50,852 bases of DNA from Gonapodya sp. JEL0774 (lineage: Eukaryota), in the NCBI GenBank assembly GCA_027604505.1, contig JADIIX010000149.1, forward strand, positions 1 through 50,852. The letters run 5' to 3'. The notes below the pieces were generated by a model. The model did not search any database. It saw only the letters and a list, made by a program, of their open reading frames with translations, and was not told the origin of the DNA. Numbering within the stretch: position 1 is the first letter of the stretch; the number at the start of each line of letters is the position of its first letter. The position numbers and the translations under genes were made by a program. This document shows, piece by piece, positions 49,037 to 50,852 of this stretch.

Positions 49037-50852
49037 ATGGCCCCATCAGCGCCGTCGTCCAACTACGCTTACACATCACTGGTTTCCCAGCAGCATCTGG
49101 AGTACTTGCAGCGGTTCAAGAACGATTCGTTGGCAAAGATGAGGCCGTGGGGGGTGAGTTTAATATCCGCGCGGGGAATGGAAAGGCGAGCGGGGTGTAG
49201 AGAGGGGCGGGGAAGTGGACGGGACGAATGCTAGGTGAAGATGGGACATGGGGGGTGGAATGGTGGGAAGAATGTGGGGTGTGGGGACACGATTACGGGA
49301 ACTGGAACCCGCATATTGGCCGCATGAGACGACGCAATCGATATCGTGTGGAGCAGAAGCCGTGTGGCAGACCAGATGGATCGTATCCTCCATCTCTGCG
49401 GTCTGGGTGGTGTGGACATGAACTGATCACACCACAACGAGTGTTCCCTTTTCATTCTATTGATTGTCTTCGAACCCATGTTCACAAACAACTCCCCCGT
49501 CTTCAGGATTTCTTCGATAGGGTGAGTTTTGCGCCACCTCACACCCCAGAACTTTTATGCGCTTAACTTCTATAATCCATTTTAAACCCAATATATTCAA
49601 ACCCGATTTACCCACCAAAACCCTACCCAATCCACCCGCAACTCGTCTTGTGCAGAACCGCTTCTCCCGCCCGCCCAGCTGGACAGTCGCTTCGTCGCGC
49701 ATCTCTGTGAATCTGGTGTACTTCCAGAGCAACTACTTGATGGTGGTGGCGGGACTGTTGGTGTATTGTCTGGTGACCAATGTAGGTTGAGTTGGTGGGG
49801 CCATGGGGGATGGAAGGATGGACGAGGATAAGAGCAGACGTATGGCGCCGGAAAAGAAGTCTGGGCCCAGTGCGACGGCACCCAATGTCGGATTCATCCC
49901 TAACAGCGGTCAGTGTGGATATGTGGCGGTTTCGTCGATCCGCCCACAAACCACAACCTCTGCGCCACCTTACGAATCGACCGTGACCACCACCTTGCAC
50001 TATTACTTTAACGATCTATCCCCATACGTTCCCCGAACAACGCCCGGGCCTCCGAAACCACCAACCCCTGTTTCGTCCCCCAGTTCCTCCTCCTCTTTTC
50101 CCTCGTACTTCTCCTCTCGGGCGCCTACTTCATCCTCCGCATGCCCAAAGACCAGCCCACGGCCGTGACAGTGCTTGGGAGACCAGTGGTGATGACGCAG
50201 GGACAGGCGTGGGTGGGGTTGGGGTTGGGTGAGTAGAGATGAGTGGCAAGTTATGTGGGTGAGAACGAGGGGGAGAAGGCGAAAAGGGAACATGGATGGT
50301 GATGCATGCGTGGAAGGGGAGTGACTCACTGGTTAGGGTTGCTCGACTTTTCATGATAATGGCGCTGGTCGTGGCAGAACTTTGACTTCAACTTTCTGTG
50401 CCCTACCAACCCATCCTACCTTCAATCGAACCCACAACTTGATTCTCTCCGCACCAAACACCTGAACCAACTCGTGTCCAAATAAACTTTGGTACTCACA
50501 CCTTGGTCCTCGGCCCGCACTCGCGCACCAGTATCAATCCCTTTGTTGCTAATATCGTCTGCTGGGTCCGTGATATTTTGGTTGTGTGAGTTTGAGATGA
50601 TGAGTGACGATGAGGTGGCAAGACGGAGTTGGAACATGGCAAACGAGCCGCTGTCATCACTGTCGTCGGTCAGACCGTTTGTTTATTCTTACGCACTCTA
50701 TCACTCTTTCTCGCTTGAATCGGTTTCATCGACCGTGTACGAATCTCCCAACCCAACGCAACCCGTACACTGCACCACTCACGTGGAAATATCTTCGCAA
50801 CGCGACCCCCGCGTCTCGCCATGGTCCCATGCTCCGTACATCCACCACACCA
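49037..50852 (+). CDS. YIP3: PRA1 family Rab acceptor (Yip3-like); last exon lies beyond the window
   Basis: KMRPWG|DFFDR|NRFSRPPSWTVASSRISVNLVYFQSNYLMVV...VTN|FLLLFSLVLLLSGAYFILRMPKDQPTAVTVLGRPVVMTQGQAWVGLGL|VSIPLLLISSAGSVIFWL. Exons at about 49037-49153, 49507-49521, 49656-49781, 50084-50228 and 50532-50585. Confidence 0.9.

Overview
Gene-dense, intron-rich eukaryotic DNA with short GT-AG introns and roughly 50% GC by eye. The motile-cilium genes DNAAF3 and IFT54/TRAF3IP1, plus a CCDC153/DRC12-like gene, sit among fungal-type housekeeping genes, which points to a zoosporic (chytrid-grade) fungus. By hand-splicing I support about 18 intact genes: WDR75/UTP17 (5'-truncated), MED12, DNAAF3, an ankyrin protein, Raptor/KOG1, KU70, a carboxylesterase ending in SKL, ICT1/PTH4, IFT54, C12orf65/MTRFR, a Cys-rich single-pass SH3 protein, CCDC153-like, a stand-alone ketosynthase, a coiled-coil hypothetical, BAP31/YET, INA17-like, a RING-CH ligase, RPB10 and PRA1/YIP3 (3'-truncated). 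The most striking item is a single-domain type I PKS ketosynthase with an intact Cys-His-His triad, no AT or ACP, and a C-terminal tail anchor on a separate last exon that intron retention would remove. Second is an intron-containing DDE integrase/transposase relic in the only gene-poor segment (about 29.6-33.4 kb); it is not recognisable from the ORF track alone. All family calls come from recalled motifs, not database searches, and exon boundaries are manual.
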